From: the human T2T-CHM13v2.0 reference genome, Homo sapiens
Strand: one strand, 5' to 3'
NCBI RefSeq assembly: GCF_009914755.1
Contig: NC_060933.1
DNA: 64,000 nt
The notes under the pieces were generated by a model. The model saw only the letters and a list, made by a program, of their open reading frames with translations. It was not told the DNA's origin and did no database searches. Positions 29,281 through 42,800 of this stretch are shown in pieces. The position numbers and the translations under genes are program-made. Position 1 is the first letter of the stretch. Each line of letters opens with the position of its first letter.

Positions 29281-32200
29281 TGGAATGCAATGGAATGGAA
29301 TCTTCCGGAATGGAATGGAATGGAATGGAATGAAATGCAATGGATTCAACTCGATTGCAATGGAATGGAATAGAATGGAATGGAATGGAATGGAATGGAA
29401 TTAACCCGAATAGAATGGAATGGAATGGAATGGAACGGAATGGAACGGAATGGAATGGAATGGAATGGAATGGAATGGTATGGAATGGAATGGAATGGTA
29501 CGGAATAGAATGGAATGGAACGAATTGTAATGGAATGGAATTGAATGGAATGGAATGGAATGGAATGGAATCAACGCGAGTGCAGGGGAATGTAATGGAA
29601 CGGAATGCAATGGAATGGAATCATCCGGAATGGAATGGAATGGAATGGAATGGAATGGAATCAACCCGAGTGCAATGGAATGGAGTGGAATGGAATGGAA
29701 TGGAATGGAACAACCCGAATGGAAGGGAATGTAATGGAGAGTAAGGGAGTTGAATAGAATCAATCGGAATGTAATGGAATGGAATGCAACGGAATGGAAT
29801 GGAATGGAATGGAATGGAATGGAATGGAATGCAAAGGAATGGAATCAACCCGAGTGGAATGGCATGGAATGGAATGCAATGGAATGGAATGGAATGGAAT
29901 CAAGTCGAATGGAAAGGAATGGAATGGAATGGAAAGAGATGGAATGAAATCAACTCGAGTGGAATGGAATGGAATGGATTGGAATGGATTGCAATGGAAT
30001 GAAATGGAATGGAATGGAATGGAATGGAATGGAATGGAATGGAATGGAATGGAATCGTTCCGAGTGGAATAGGAAGGAATGTATTCGAGTGGAATGGAAA
30101 GGAATGGAATCAACCATAGTGGAATGGAAGGGAATGGAATGTAATGGAAACTAATAGAATGGAATCAACCCGAGTGGAATGGAATGGAAAGGACTGGAAT
30201 GGAATGGAATGGAATGGAATCAACTCGATTGTAATGGAATGGAATGGAATGGAATGGAATGGAATTAACCCGAATACAATGGAATGGAATGGAATGGAAC
30301 GGAATGGAGTGGAATGGAATGGAATCAACCCGAGTGCAGGGGAATGGAATGGAATGGAATGCAATGGAATGGAATCATCCGGAATGGAATGGAATGGAAT
30401 GGAATGCAAAGCAATGGAATCAACTCGATTGCAATGGAATGGAATGGAATGGAAAGGAATACATTGGAATCAACCCGAGTGGAATGGAATGGAAAGGACT
30501 GGAATGGAGTGGAACGGAATGGAATGGAATGGAATGGAATGGAATCAACTCGATTGGAATGGAATGGAATGGAATGGAATGGAATGGAATTAACCCGAGT
30601 AGAAAGGAATGGAATGCAATGGAACGGAACGGAACGGAATGGAATGGAATGGAATGGAATGGAATGGAATGGAATGGAATGGAATCAACCCGACTGCAGG
30701 GGAATGGAATGGAATGGAATGCAATGGAATGGATTCAACTTGAATGGCATGGAAAGAATGGAATCAACACGAGTGGAATGGCATGGATTGGAATGGAATG
30801 GAATGGAATCAACCCCAGTACAGGGGAATGGAATAGAATGGAATGCAATGGAATGGAATCATCCGTAATGGAATGGAAAGGAATGGAATGGAATGGAATG
30901 GAATGGAATGGAATGGAATGGAATGCAATGGAATCAACGCGAGTGCAGGGGAATGGAATGGAATGGAATGCAATGGAATGGAATCTTCCGGAATGGAATG
31001 GAATCGAATGGAATGGAATGGAATGGAATGGAATCAACCCCAGTGCAATGGAATGGAGTGGAATGGAATGGAATGGAATGGAACAACCCGAATGGAATGG
31101 AATGTAATGGAGACTAAGGGAGATGAATAGAATCAATCCGAATGTAATGGAATGGAATGGAACGGAATGGAATTGAATGGAATGGAATGGAATGCAATGG
31201 AATGGAATCAACCCGAGTGCAATGGAATGGAGAGGAATGGAATGGAATGGAATGGAAACTACCCGAATGGAATGGAATGTAATGGAGTGTAAGGGAATTG
31301 AATAGAATCAATCCGAATGTAATGGAATGGAATGAAACGGAATGGAATGGAATGGAATGGAATGGAATGGAATGGAATGGAATGGAATGGAATGCAATGG
31401 AATGGAATCAACCCGAGTGCAATCGAATGGAATGGAATGGAATGGAATGCAATGGAATGGATTCAACTTGAATGGAATGGAAAGAATTGAATCAACACGA
31501 GTGGAAGGGCATGGATTGGAATGCAATGGAATGGAATCAACCCGAGTACAGGGGAATGGAATGGAATGGAATGCAATGGAATGGAATCATCCGTAATGGA
31601 ATGGAAAGGAATGGAATGGAATGGAATGGAATGGAATGGAATGGAATGGAATGGAATGGAATGGAATCAACACGATTGCAATCGAATGGAATGGAATGGA
31701 ATTAACCCGAATAGAATGGAATGGAATGGAATGGAACGGAACGGAATGGAATGGAATGGAATGGAATGGAACGGAACGGAACGGAACGGAATGGAATGGA
31801 ATGGAATGGAACGGAATGGAATCAACGCGAGTGCAGGGGAATGGAATGGAATGGAATGCAATGGAATGGAATCTTCCGGAATGGAATGGAATGTAATGGA
31901 ATGAAATGCAATGGATTCAACTCGATTGCAATGGAATGGAATAGAATGGAATGGAATGGATTGGAATGGAATTAACCCGAATAGAATGGAATGGAATGGA
32001 ATGGAACGGAATGGAACGGAATGGAACGGAATGGAATGGAATGGAATGGAATGGTATGGAATGGAATGGAATGGTACGGAATAGAATGGAATGGAACGAA
32101 TTGTAATGGAATGGAATTGAATGGAATGGAATGGAATGGAATGGAATCAACGCGAGTGCAGGGGAATGTAATGGAACGGAATGCAATGGAATGGAATCAT

Positions 32201-32410
32201 CCGGAATGGAATGGAATGGAATGGAATGGAATGGAATGGAATGGAATCAACCCGAGTGCAATGGAATGGAGTGGAATGGAATGGAATGGAATGGAACAAC
32301 CCGAATGGAATGGAATGTAATGGAGAGTAAGGGAGTTGAATAGAATCAATCGGAATGTAATGGAATGGAATGCAACGGAATGGAATGGAATGGAATGGAA
32401 TGGAATGGAA
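29270..32410 (+). repeat. ~3.1 kb block with a diverged paralogue at ~38,160-41,240 (and a partial one at ~34,240-35,870)
   Basis: ORF pairs 30110/38995, 31114/39994, 31308/40188 and 31991/40831 (offsets 8,840-8,885). Shared rare variants: CAAGTCGAAT, GGAAAGAGAT, CAACCATAGT, GAGACTAAGGGAGATG, CAACCCCAGT. Confidence 0.8.
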
Positions 32411-33504
32411 TGGAAAGGAATGGAATGCATGGAATGGAATGGAATGGAATGGAATGGAATGGAATGGAATGGAATCAACGCGAGTGCAGGGGAATGGAAT
32501 GGAATGGAATGCAATGGAATGGAATCTTCCGGAATGGAATGGAATGGAATGGAATGGAATGAAATGCAATTGATTCAACTCGATTGCAATGGAATGGAAT
32601 AGAATGGAATGGAATGGAATGGAATGGAATGGAATGGAATTAACCCGAATAGAATGAAATGGAATGGAATGGAACGGAATGGAACGGAATGGAATGGAAT
32701 GGAATGGAATGGAATGGTATGGAATGGAATGGAATGGTACGGAATAGAATGGAATGGAACGAATTGTAATGGAATGGAATTGAATGGAATGGAATGGAAT
32801 GGAATGGAATCAACACGAGTGCAGGGGAATGTAATGGAACGGAATGCAATGGAATGGAATCATCCGGAATGGAATGGAATGGAATGGAATGGAATGGAAT
32901 GGAATCAACCCGAGTGCAATGGAATGGAGTGGAATGGAATGGAATGGAATGGAACAACCCAAATGGAATGGAATGTAATGGAGAGTAAGGGAGTTGAATA
33001 GAATCAATCCGAATGTAATGGAATGGAATGCAACGGAATGGAATGGAATGGAATGGAATGGAATGGAATGCAATGGAATGGAATCAACCCGAGTACAATG
33101 GAATGGAATGGAATGGAATGGAATGGAATGATACGGAATAGAATGGAATGGAACGAAATGGAATGGAATTGAATGGAATGGAATTGTTCCGAGTGGAATA
33201 GGAGGGAATGTATTCGAGTGGAATGGAAAGGAATGGAATCAACCAGAGTGGAATGGAAGGGAATGCAATGGAATGGAAACTAATAGAATGGAATCAACCC
33301 GAGTGGAATGGAATGGAAAAGACTGGAATGGAAAGGAATGGAATGGAATGGAATGCAATGGAATTGAATGGAATGGAATCAACGCGAGTGCAGGGGAATG
33401 CAATGGAATCGAATGGAATGGAATGGAATGGAATGGAATCAACCCGAGTGCAGGGGAATGTAATGGAACGGAATGCAATGGAATGGAATCATCCGGAATG
33501 AATG

Positions 33505-35872
33505 GAATGGAATGGAATGGAATCAACCCGAGTGCAATGGAATGGAGTGGAATGGAATGGAATGGAATGGAACAACCCGAATGGAATGGAATGTAATGGA
33601 GAGTAAGGGAGTTAAAAAGAATCAATCCGAATGTAATGGAATGGAATGGAATGGAATGGAATGAAATGGAATGGAATGGAATGGTATGCAATGGAATGGA
33701 ATCAACCCGAGTACTATGGAATGGAAGGGAATGGAATGGAATGGAATGGAATGGAATGGAATGCAATGGAATGGAATCTTCCGGAATGGAATGGAATGGA
33801 ATGGAATGGAATGCAATGGATTCAACTCGATTGCAATGGAATGGAATAGAATGGAATGGAATGGAATGGAATGGAATGGAATGGAATTAAACCGAATAGA
33901 ATGGAATGGAATGGAATGGAAAGGAACGGAACGGAACGGAACGGAACGGAGTGGAATGGAATGGAATGGAATTGTATGGAATGGAATGGAATGGTACGGA
34001 ATAGAATGGAATGGAAAGAATTGGAATGGAATGGAATGGAATGGAATGGAATGCAATGGAATCAACTCGATTGCAATCGAATGGAATGGAATGGAATTAA
34101 CCCGAATAGAATGGAATGGAATGGAATGGAACGGAACGGAATGGAATGGAGTGGAATGGAATGGAACGGAAAGGAATGGAAAGGAATGGAATGCAACGGA
34201 ATGGAATGGAATGGAATCAATGCGAGTGCAGGGGAATGGAATGGAATGGAATGCAATGGAATGGAATCTTCCGGAATGGAATGGAATGGAATGGAATGAA
34301 ATGCAATGGATTCAACTCGATTGCAATGGAATGGAATAGAATGGAATGGAATGGAATGGAATGGAATTAACCCGAATAGAATGGAATGGAATGGAATGGA
34401 ACGGAATGGAACGGAATGGAATGGAATGGAATGGAATGGAATGGTATGGAATGGAATGGAATGGTACGGAATAGAATGGAATGGAACGAATTGTAATGGA
34501 ATGGAATTGAATGGAATGGAATGGAATCAACGCGAGTGCAGGGGAATGTAATGGAACGGAATGCAATGGAATGGAATCATCCGGAATGGAATGGAATGGA
34601 ATGGAATGGAATGGAATCAACCCGAGTGCAATGGAATGGAGTGGAATGGAATGGAATGGAATGGAACATCCCGAATGGAATGGAATGTAATGGAGAGTAA
34701 GGGAGTTGAATAGAATCAATCGGAATGTAATGGAATGGAATGCAACGGAATGGAATGGAATGGAATGGAATGGAATGGAATGGAATGCAAAGGAATGGAA
34801 TCAACCCGAGTGGAATGGCATGGAATGGAACGCAATGGAATGGAATGGAATGGAATCAAGTCGAATGGAAAGGAAAGGAATGGAATGGAAAGAGATGGAA
34901 TGAAATCAACTCGAGTGGAATGGAATGGAATGGATTGGAATGGATTGCAATGGAATGAAATGGAATGGAATGGAATGGAATGGAATGGAATGGAATGGAA
35001 TGGAATGGAATGGAATCGTTCCGAGTGGAATAGGAAGGAATGTATTCGAGTGGAATGGAAAGGAATGGAATCAACCATAGTGGAATGGAAGGGAATGGAA
35101 TGTAATGGAAACTAATAGAATGGAATCAACCCGAGTGGAATGGAATGGAAAGGACTGGAATGGAATGGAATGGAATGGAATCAACTCGATTGTAATGGAA
35201 TGGAATGGAATGGAATGGAATGGAATTAACCCGAATACAATGGAATGGAATGGAATGGAACGGAATGGAGTGGAATGGAATGGAATCAACCCGAGTGCAG
35301 GGGAATGGAATGGAATGGAATGCAATGGAATGGAATCATCCGGAATGGAATGGAATGGAATGGAATGCAAAGCAATGGAATCAACTCGATTGCAATGGAA
35401 TGGAATGGAATGGAAAGGAATACATTGGAATCAACCCGAGTGGAATGGAATGGAAAGGACTGGAATGGAGTGGAACGGAATGGAATGGAATGGAATGGAA
35501 TGGAATCAACTCGATTGGAATGGAATGGAATGGAATGGAATGGAATGGAATTAACCCGAGTAGAAAGGAATGGAATGCAATGGAACGGAACGGAACGGAA
35601 TGGAATGGAATGGAATGGAATGGAATGGAATGGAATGGAATGGAATCAACCCAACTGCAGGGGAATGGAATGGAATGGAATGCAATGGAATGGATTCAAC
35701 TTGAATGGCATGGAAAGAATGGAATCAACACGAGTGGAATGGCATGGATTGGAATGGAATGGAATGGAATCAACCCGAGTACAGGGGAATGGAATGGAAT
35801 GGAATGCAATGGAATGGAATCATCCGTAATGGAATGGATAGGAATGGAATGGAATGGAATGGAATGGAATGG
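33505..35872 (+). repeat. Internally deleted first copy (X-Y, ~2,367 bp) of a ~3.92 kb tandem duplication
   Basis: Segment X (~33,505-34,030) matches 35,872-36,400 at offset 2,367 (ORFs 33636/36003, 33671/36038). Segment Y (~34,027-35,876) matches 37,951-39,800 at offset 3,924 (ORFs 34116/38040, 34706/38630, 35245/39169). Confidence 0.85.
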
Positions 35873-38800
35873 AATGGAATGGAATGGAATCAACCCGAGT
35901 GCAATGGAATGGAGTGGAATGGAATGGAATGGAATGGAACAACCCGAATGGAATGGAATGTAATGGAGAGTAAGGGAGTTAAAAAGAATCAATCCGAATG
36001 TAATGGAATGGAATGGAACGGAATGGAATGAAATGGAATGGAATGGAATGGTATGCAATGGAATGGAATCAACCCGAGTACTATGGAATGGAAGGGAATG
36101 GAATGGAATGGAATGGAATGGAATGGAATGCAATGGAATGGAATCTTCCGGAATGGAATGGAATGGAATGGAATGGAATGCAATGGATTCAACTCGATTG
36201 CAATGGAATGGAATAGAATGGAATGGAATGGAATGGAATGGAATGGAATGGAATTAAACCGAATAGAATGGAATGGAATGGAATGGAAAGGAACGGAACG
36301 GAACGGAACGGAACGGAGTGGAATGGAATGGAATGGAATTGTATGGAATGGAATGGAATGGTACGGAATAGAATGGAATGGAAAGAATTGGAATGGAATG
36401 GAATCGAATGGAATGGAATGGAAAGGAATGGAATCAACCCGAGTGCAGGGGAATGTAACGGAAAGGAATGCAATGGAATGGAATCATCCGGAATGGAATG
36501 GAATTGAATGGAATGGAATGGAATGGAATCAATCCGAGTGCAATGGAATGGAGTGGAATGGAATGGAATGGAATGGAACAACCCGAATGGAATGGAATGT
36601 AATGGAGAGTAAGGGAGTTGAATAGAATCAATCCGAATGTAATGGAATGGAATGCAACGGAATGGAATGGAATGGAATGCAATGGAATGGAATCAACCCG
36701 AGTACAATGGGATGGAATGGACTGGAATGGAATGGAATGGAATGGAATGGAATGGAATGCCTTCAAACCGAATGGAATGGAAAGGAATGAAATCAACACG
36801 AGTGGAATGGAATGGAATGGAATGGAATGGAATGGAATGATACGGAATAGAATGGAATGGAACGAAATGGAATGGAATGGAATGGAATGGAATGGAATGG
36901 AATGGAATCGTTCCAAGAGGAATAGGAGGGAATGTATTTGAGTGGAATGGAAAGGAATGGAATCAACCAGAGTGGAATGGAAGGGAATGGAATGGAATGG
37001 AAACTAATAGAATGGAATCAACCCGAGTGGAATGGAATGGAAAGGACTGGAATGGAAAGGAATGGAATGGAATGGAATGGAATGGAATGGAATGGAATGG
37101 AATGGAATCAACGCGAGTGCAGGGGAATGGAATGGAATCGAATGGAATGGAATGGAATGGAATGGAATCAACCCGAGTGCAGGGGAATGTAATGGAACGG
37201 AATGCAATGGAATGGAATCATCCGAAATGGAATGCAATGGAATGGAATGGAATGGAATCAACCCGAGTGCAATGGAATGGAAAGGACTGGAATGGAGTGG
37301 AATGGAATGGAATGGAATGGAATGGAATGGAATGGAACAACCCGAATGGAATGGAATGTAATGGAGAGTAAGGGAGTTGAATAGAATCAGTCCGAATGTA
37401 ATGGAATGGAATGCAACGGAGTGGAATGGAATGGAATGGAATGGAATGCAATGGAATGGAATCAACCTGAGTACAATGGAATGGAATGGAATGGAATGGA
37501 ATGGAATGGAATGGAATGGAATGGAATGATATGGAATAGAATGGAATGTAACGAAATGGAATGGAATGGAATGGAATGGAATGGAATGGAATGGAATGGA
37601 ATGGAATGGAATCGTTCCGACTGGAATAGGAGGGAATGTATTCGAGTGGAATGGAAAAGAATGGAATCAACCAGAGTGGAATGGAAGGGAATGGAATGGA
37701 ATGGAATGGAATGGAATGGAATGCAATGGAATGGAATCAACCCGAGTGCAATCGAATGGAATCAAATGGAATGGAATGCAATGGAATGGATTCAACTTGA
37801 ATGGAAAAGAAAGAATGGAATCAACACGAGTGGAATGGCATGGATTGGAATGGAATGGAATGGAATCAACCCGAGTACAGGGGAATGGAATGGAATGGAA
37901 TGCAATGGAACGGAATCATCAGTAATGGAATGGAAAGGAAGGGAAAGGACTGGAATGGAATGGAATGGAATGGAATGCAATGGAATCAACTCGATTGCAA
38001 TCGAATGGAATGGAATGGAATTAACCCGAATAGAATGGAATGGAATGGAATGGAACGGAACGGAATGGAATGGAGTGGAATGGAATGGAACGGAAAGGAA
38101 TGGAAAGGAATGGAATGCAACGGAATGGAATGGAATGGAATCAATGCGAGTGCAGGGGAATGGAATGGAATGGAATGCAATGGAATGGAATCTTCCGGAA
38201 TGGAATGGAATGGAATGGAATGAAATGCAATGGATTCAACTCGATTGCAATGGAATGGAATAGAATGGAATGGAATGGAATGGAATGGAATTAACCCGAA
38301 TAGAATGGAATGGAATGGAATGGAACGGAATGGAACGGAATGGAATGGAATGGAATGGAATGGAATGGTATGGAATGGAATGGAATGGTACGGAATAGAA
38401 TGGAATGGAACGAATTGTAATGGAATGGAATTGAATGGAATGGAATGGAATCAACGCGAGTGCAGGGGAATGTAATGGAACGGAATGCAATGGAATGGAA
38501 TCATCCGGAATGGAATGGAATGGAATGGAATGGAATGGAATCAACCCGAGTGCAATGGAATGGAGTGGAATGGAATGGAATGGAATGGAACATCCCGAAT
38601 GGAATGGAATGTAATGGAGAGTAAGGGAGTTGAATAGAATCAATCGGAATGTAATGGAATGGAATGCAACGGAATGGAATGGAATGGAATGGAATGGAAT
38701 GGAATGGAATGCAAAGGAATGGAATCAACCCGAGTGGAATGGCATGGAATGGAACGCAATGGAATGGAATGGAATGGAATCAAGTCGAATGGAAAGGAAA

Positions 38801-39800
38801 GGAATGGAATGGAAAGAGATGGAATGAAATCAACTCGAGTGGAATGGAATGGAATGGATTGGAATGGATTGCAATGGAATGAAATGGAATGGAATGGAAT
38901 GGAATGGAATGGAATGGAATGGAATGGAATGGAATGGAATCGTTCCGAGTGGAATAGGAAGGAATGTATTCGAGTGGAATGGAAAGGAATGGAATCAACC
39001 ATAGTGGAATGGAAGGGAATGGAATGTAATGGAAACTAATAGAATGGAATCAACCCGAGTGGAATGGAATGGAAAGGACTGGAATGGAATGGAATGGAAT
39101 GGAATCAACTCGATTGTAATGGAATGGAATGGAATGGAATGGAATGGAATTAACCCGAATACAATGGAATGGAATGGAATGGAACGGAATGGAGTGGAAT
39201 GGAATGGAATCAACCCGAGTGCAGGGGAATGGAATGGAATGGAATGCAATGGAATGGAATCATCCGGAATGGAATGGAATGGAATGGAATGCAAAGCAAT
39301 GGAATCAACTCGATTGCAATGGAATGGAATGGAATGGAAAGGAATACATTGGAATCAACCCGAGTGGAATGGAATGGAAAGGACTGGAATGGAGTGGAAC
39401 GGAATGGAATGGAATGGAATGGAATGGAATCAACTCGATTGGAATGGAATGGAATGGAATGGAATGGAATGGAATTAACCCGAGTAGAAAGGAATGGAAT
39501 GCAATGGAACGGAACGGAACGGAATGGAATGGAATGGAATGGAATGGAATGGAATGGAATGGAATGGAATCAACCCAACTGCAGGGGAATGGAATGGAAT
39601 GGAATGCAATGGAATGGATTCAACTTGAATGGCATGGAAAGAATGGAATCAACACGAGTGGAATGGCATGGATTGGAATGGAATGGAATGGAATCAACCC
39701 GAGTACAGGGGAATGGAATGGAATGGAATGCAATGGAATGGAATCATCCGTAATGGAATGGATAGGAATGGAATGGAATGGAATGGAATGGAATGGAATG
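35872..39800 (+). repeat. Full-length copy (X-Z-Y, ~3,924 bp) of the 3.92 kb duplication
   Basis: Shares rare variants with the preceding copy: GTTAAAAAGAATC, CCCGAGTACTATGG, CAATGCGAG, GGAACATCCCG, CCCAACTGCAGG, GGATAGG. Segment Z (~36,400-37,950) is present only here. Confidence 0.85.
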
Positions 39801-42800
39801 CAATGGAATCAACGCGAGTGCAGGGGAATGGAATGGAATGGAATGCAATGGAATGGAATCTTCCGGAATGGAATGGAATGGAATGGAATGGAATGGAATG
39901 GAATGGAATGGAATCAACCCCAGTGCAATGGAATGGAGTGGAATGGAATGGAATGGAATGGAACAACCCGAAAGGAATGGAATGTAATGGAGACTAAGGG
40001 AGATGATTAGAATCAATCCGAATGTAATGGAATGGAATGGAACGGAATGGAATTGAATGCAATGGAATGGAATGCAATGGAATGGAATCAACCCGAGTGC
40101 AATGGAATGGAGAGGAATGGAATGGAATGGAATGGAAACTACCCGAATGGAATGGAATGTAATGGAGTGTAAGGGAATTGAATAGAATCAATCCGAATGT
40201 AATGGAATGGAATGAAACGGAATGGAATGGAATGGAATGGAATGGAATGGAATGGAATGCAATGGAATGGAATCAACCCGAGTGCAATCGAATGGAATCG
40301 AATGGAATGGAATGCAATGGAATGGATTCAACTTGAATGGAATGGAAAGAATTGAATCAACACGAGTGGAAGGGCATGGATTGGAATGCAATGGAATGGA
40401 ATCAACCCGAGTACAGGGGAATGGAATGGAATGGAATGCAATGGAATGGAATCATCCGTAATGGAATGGAAAGGAATGGAATGGAATGGAATGGAATGGA
40501 ATGGAATCAACACGATTGCAATCGAATGGAATGGAATGGAATTAACCCGAATAGAATGGAATGGAATGGAATGGAACGGAACGGAATGGAATGGAATGGA
40601 ATGGAATGGAACGGAACGGAACGGAACGGAATGGAATGGAATGGAATGGAACGGAATGGAATCAACGCGTGTGCAGGGGAATGGAATGGAATGGAATGCA
40701 ATGGAATGGAATCTTCCGGAATGGAATGGAATGTAATGGAATGAAATGCAATGGATTCAACTCGATTGCAATGGAATGGAATAGAATGGAATGGAATGGT
40801 TTGGAATGGAATTAACCCGAATAGAATGGAATGGAATGGAATGGAACGGAATGGAACGGAATGGAACGGAATAGAATGGAATGGAATGGAATGGTATGGA
40901 ATGGAATGGAATGGTACGGAATAGAATGGAATGGAACGAATTGTAATGGAATGGAATTGAATGGAATGGAATGGAATGGAATGGAATCAACGCGAGTGCA
41001 GGGGAATGTAATGGAACGGAATGCAATGGAATGGAATCATCCGGAATGGAATGGAATGGAATGGAATGGAATGGAATCAACCCGAGTGCAATGGAATGGA
41101 GTGGAATGGAATGGAATGGAATGGAACAACCCGAATGGAATGGAATGTAATGGAGAGTAAGGGAGTTGAATAGAATCAATCGGAATGTAATGGAATGGAA
41201 TGCAACGGAATGGAATGGAATGGAATGGAATGGAATGGAATGGAATGCAAAGGAATGGAATCAACCCGAGTGGAATGGCATGGAATGGAATGCAATGGAA
41301 TGCAATGGAGTGGAATCAACTCGAATGGAAAGGAATGGAATGGAATGGAAAGGAATGGAATGAAATCAACTCGAGTGGAATGGAATGGAATGGATTGGAA
41401 TGGATTGCAATGGAATGAAATGGAATGGAATGGAATGGAATCAATCATTCCGAGTGGAATGGAAGGGAATGTAATGGAGTGGAAAGAAGGGAATGGAATC
41501 AACCCGATTGGAATGCAAGGCAATGGAATGGAATGGAAAGGAATGGAATGGAATCAACTCGATTGCAATGGAATGGAATGGAATGGAATGGAATGGAATG
41601 GAATGGAATTAAGAGGAATAGAAGGGAATGCAATGGAATGGAACGGAATGGAATGGAATAGAAGGTAATGGAATCAACACGAGTGCAGGAGAATGGAATG
41701 GAATGGAATGCAATGGAATGGAATCATCCGGAATGGAATGGAATGGAATGGAATCAACTCCATTGCAATGGAATGCAATGGAATGGAATGGAATAGAATG
41801 GAATGGAATTAACCCGAATAGAATGGAATGCAATAGAATTGAATGGAACGGAACCGAATGGAATGGAATGGAATGGAATGGAATGGAATCAAACTGAGTG
41901 CAGGGGAATGGAATGGAATGGAATGCAATGGAATGGAATCATCCGGAATGGAATGGAATGGAATGGAATGGAATCAAACCGAGTGCAATGGAATGGAGTG
42001 AAATGGAATGGAATGGAATGGAAACAACCAGAATGGATTGGAATATAATGGAGTGTAAGGGAATTGAATAGAATCAATATGAATGTAATGAAATGGAATG
42101 GAACGGAATGGAATGGAATGGAATGGAATGGAATGGAATGGAATGGAATGGAATCAACCCGAGTGGAATGGCATGGAGTGGAATGCAATGGAATGGAATG
42201 GAATGGAATGGAATGGTTCGGAATAGAATGGATTGGAACAAAATGGAATGGAATGGAATGGAATGGAATGGAATGGAATGGAATAGAATGGAATGGAATG
42301 GAATCAAGTCGATTGCAGTGGAATAGAATGGAATGGAATGGAACGGAATGGAATGGAATGGAATGGAATGGAATGGAATTAAACGGAATGGAAAGGAAAG
42401 GAATCAACCCGAGTGCAGGGGAAAGGAATGGAATGGAATGCAATGGAATGGAATGGAATGGAATGGAATGGAATGGAATGGAATCAACCCGAGTGGAATG
42501 GCATGGAATGGAATGCAATGGAATGGAATGGAATGGAATCAACTCTAGTGGAAAGGAATGGAATGGAATGGAAAGGAATGGAATGAAATCAACTCGAGTG
42601 GAATGGAATAAAATGGAATGGATTGGAATGGATTGCAATGGAATGAAATGGAATGGAATGGAATGGAATCAATCATTCCGAGTGGAATGGAAGGGAATGT
42701 AATGGAGTGGAAAGAAGGGAATGGAATCAACCCGAGTGGAATTCAAGGCAATGGAATGGAATGGAAAGGAATGGAATGGAATCAACTCGATTGCAATGGA

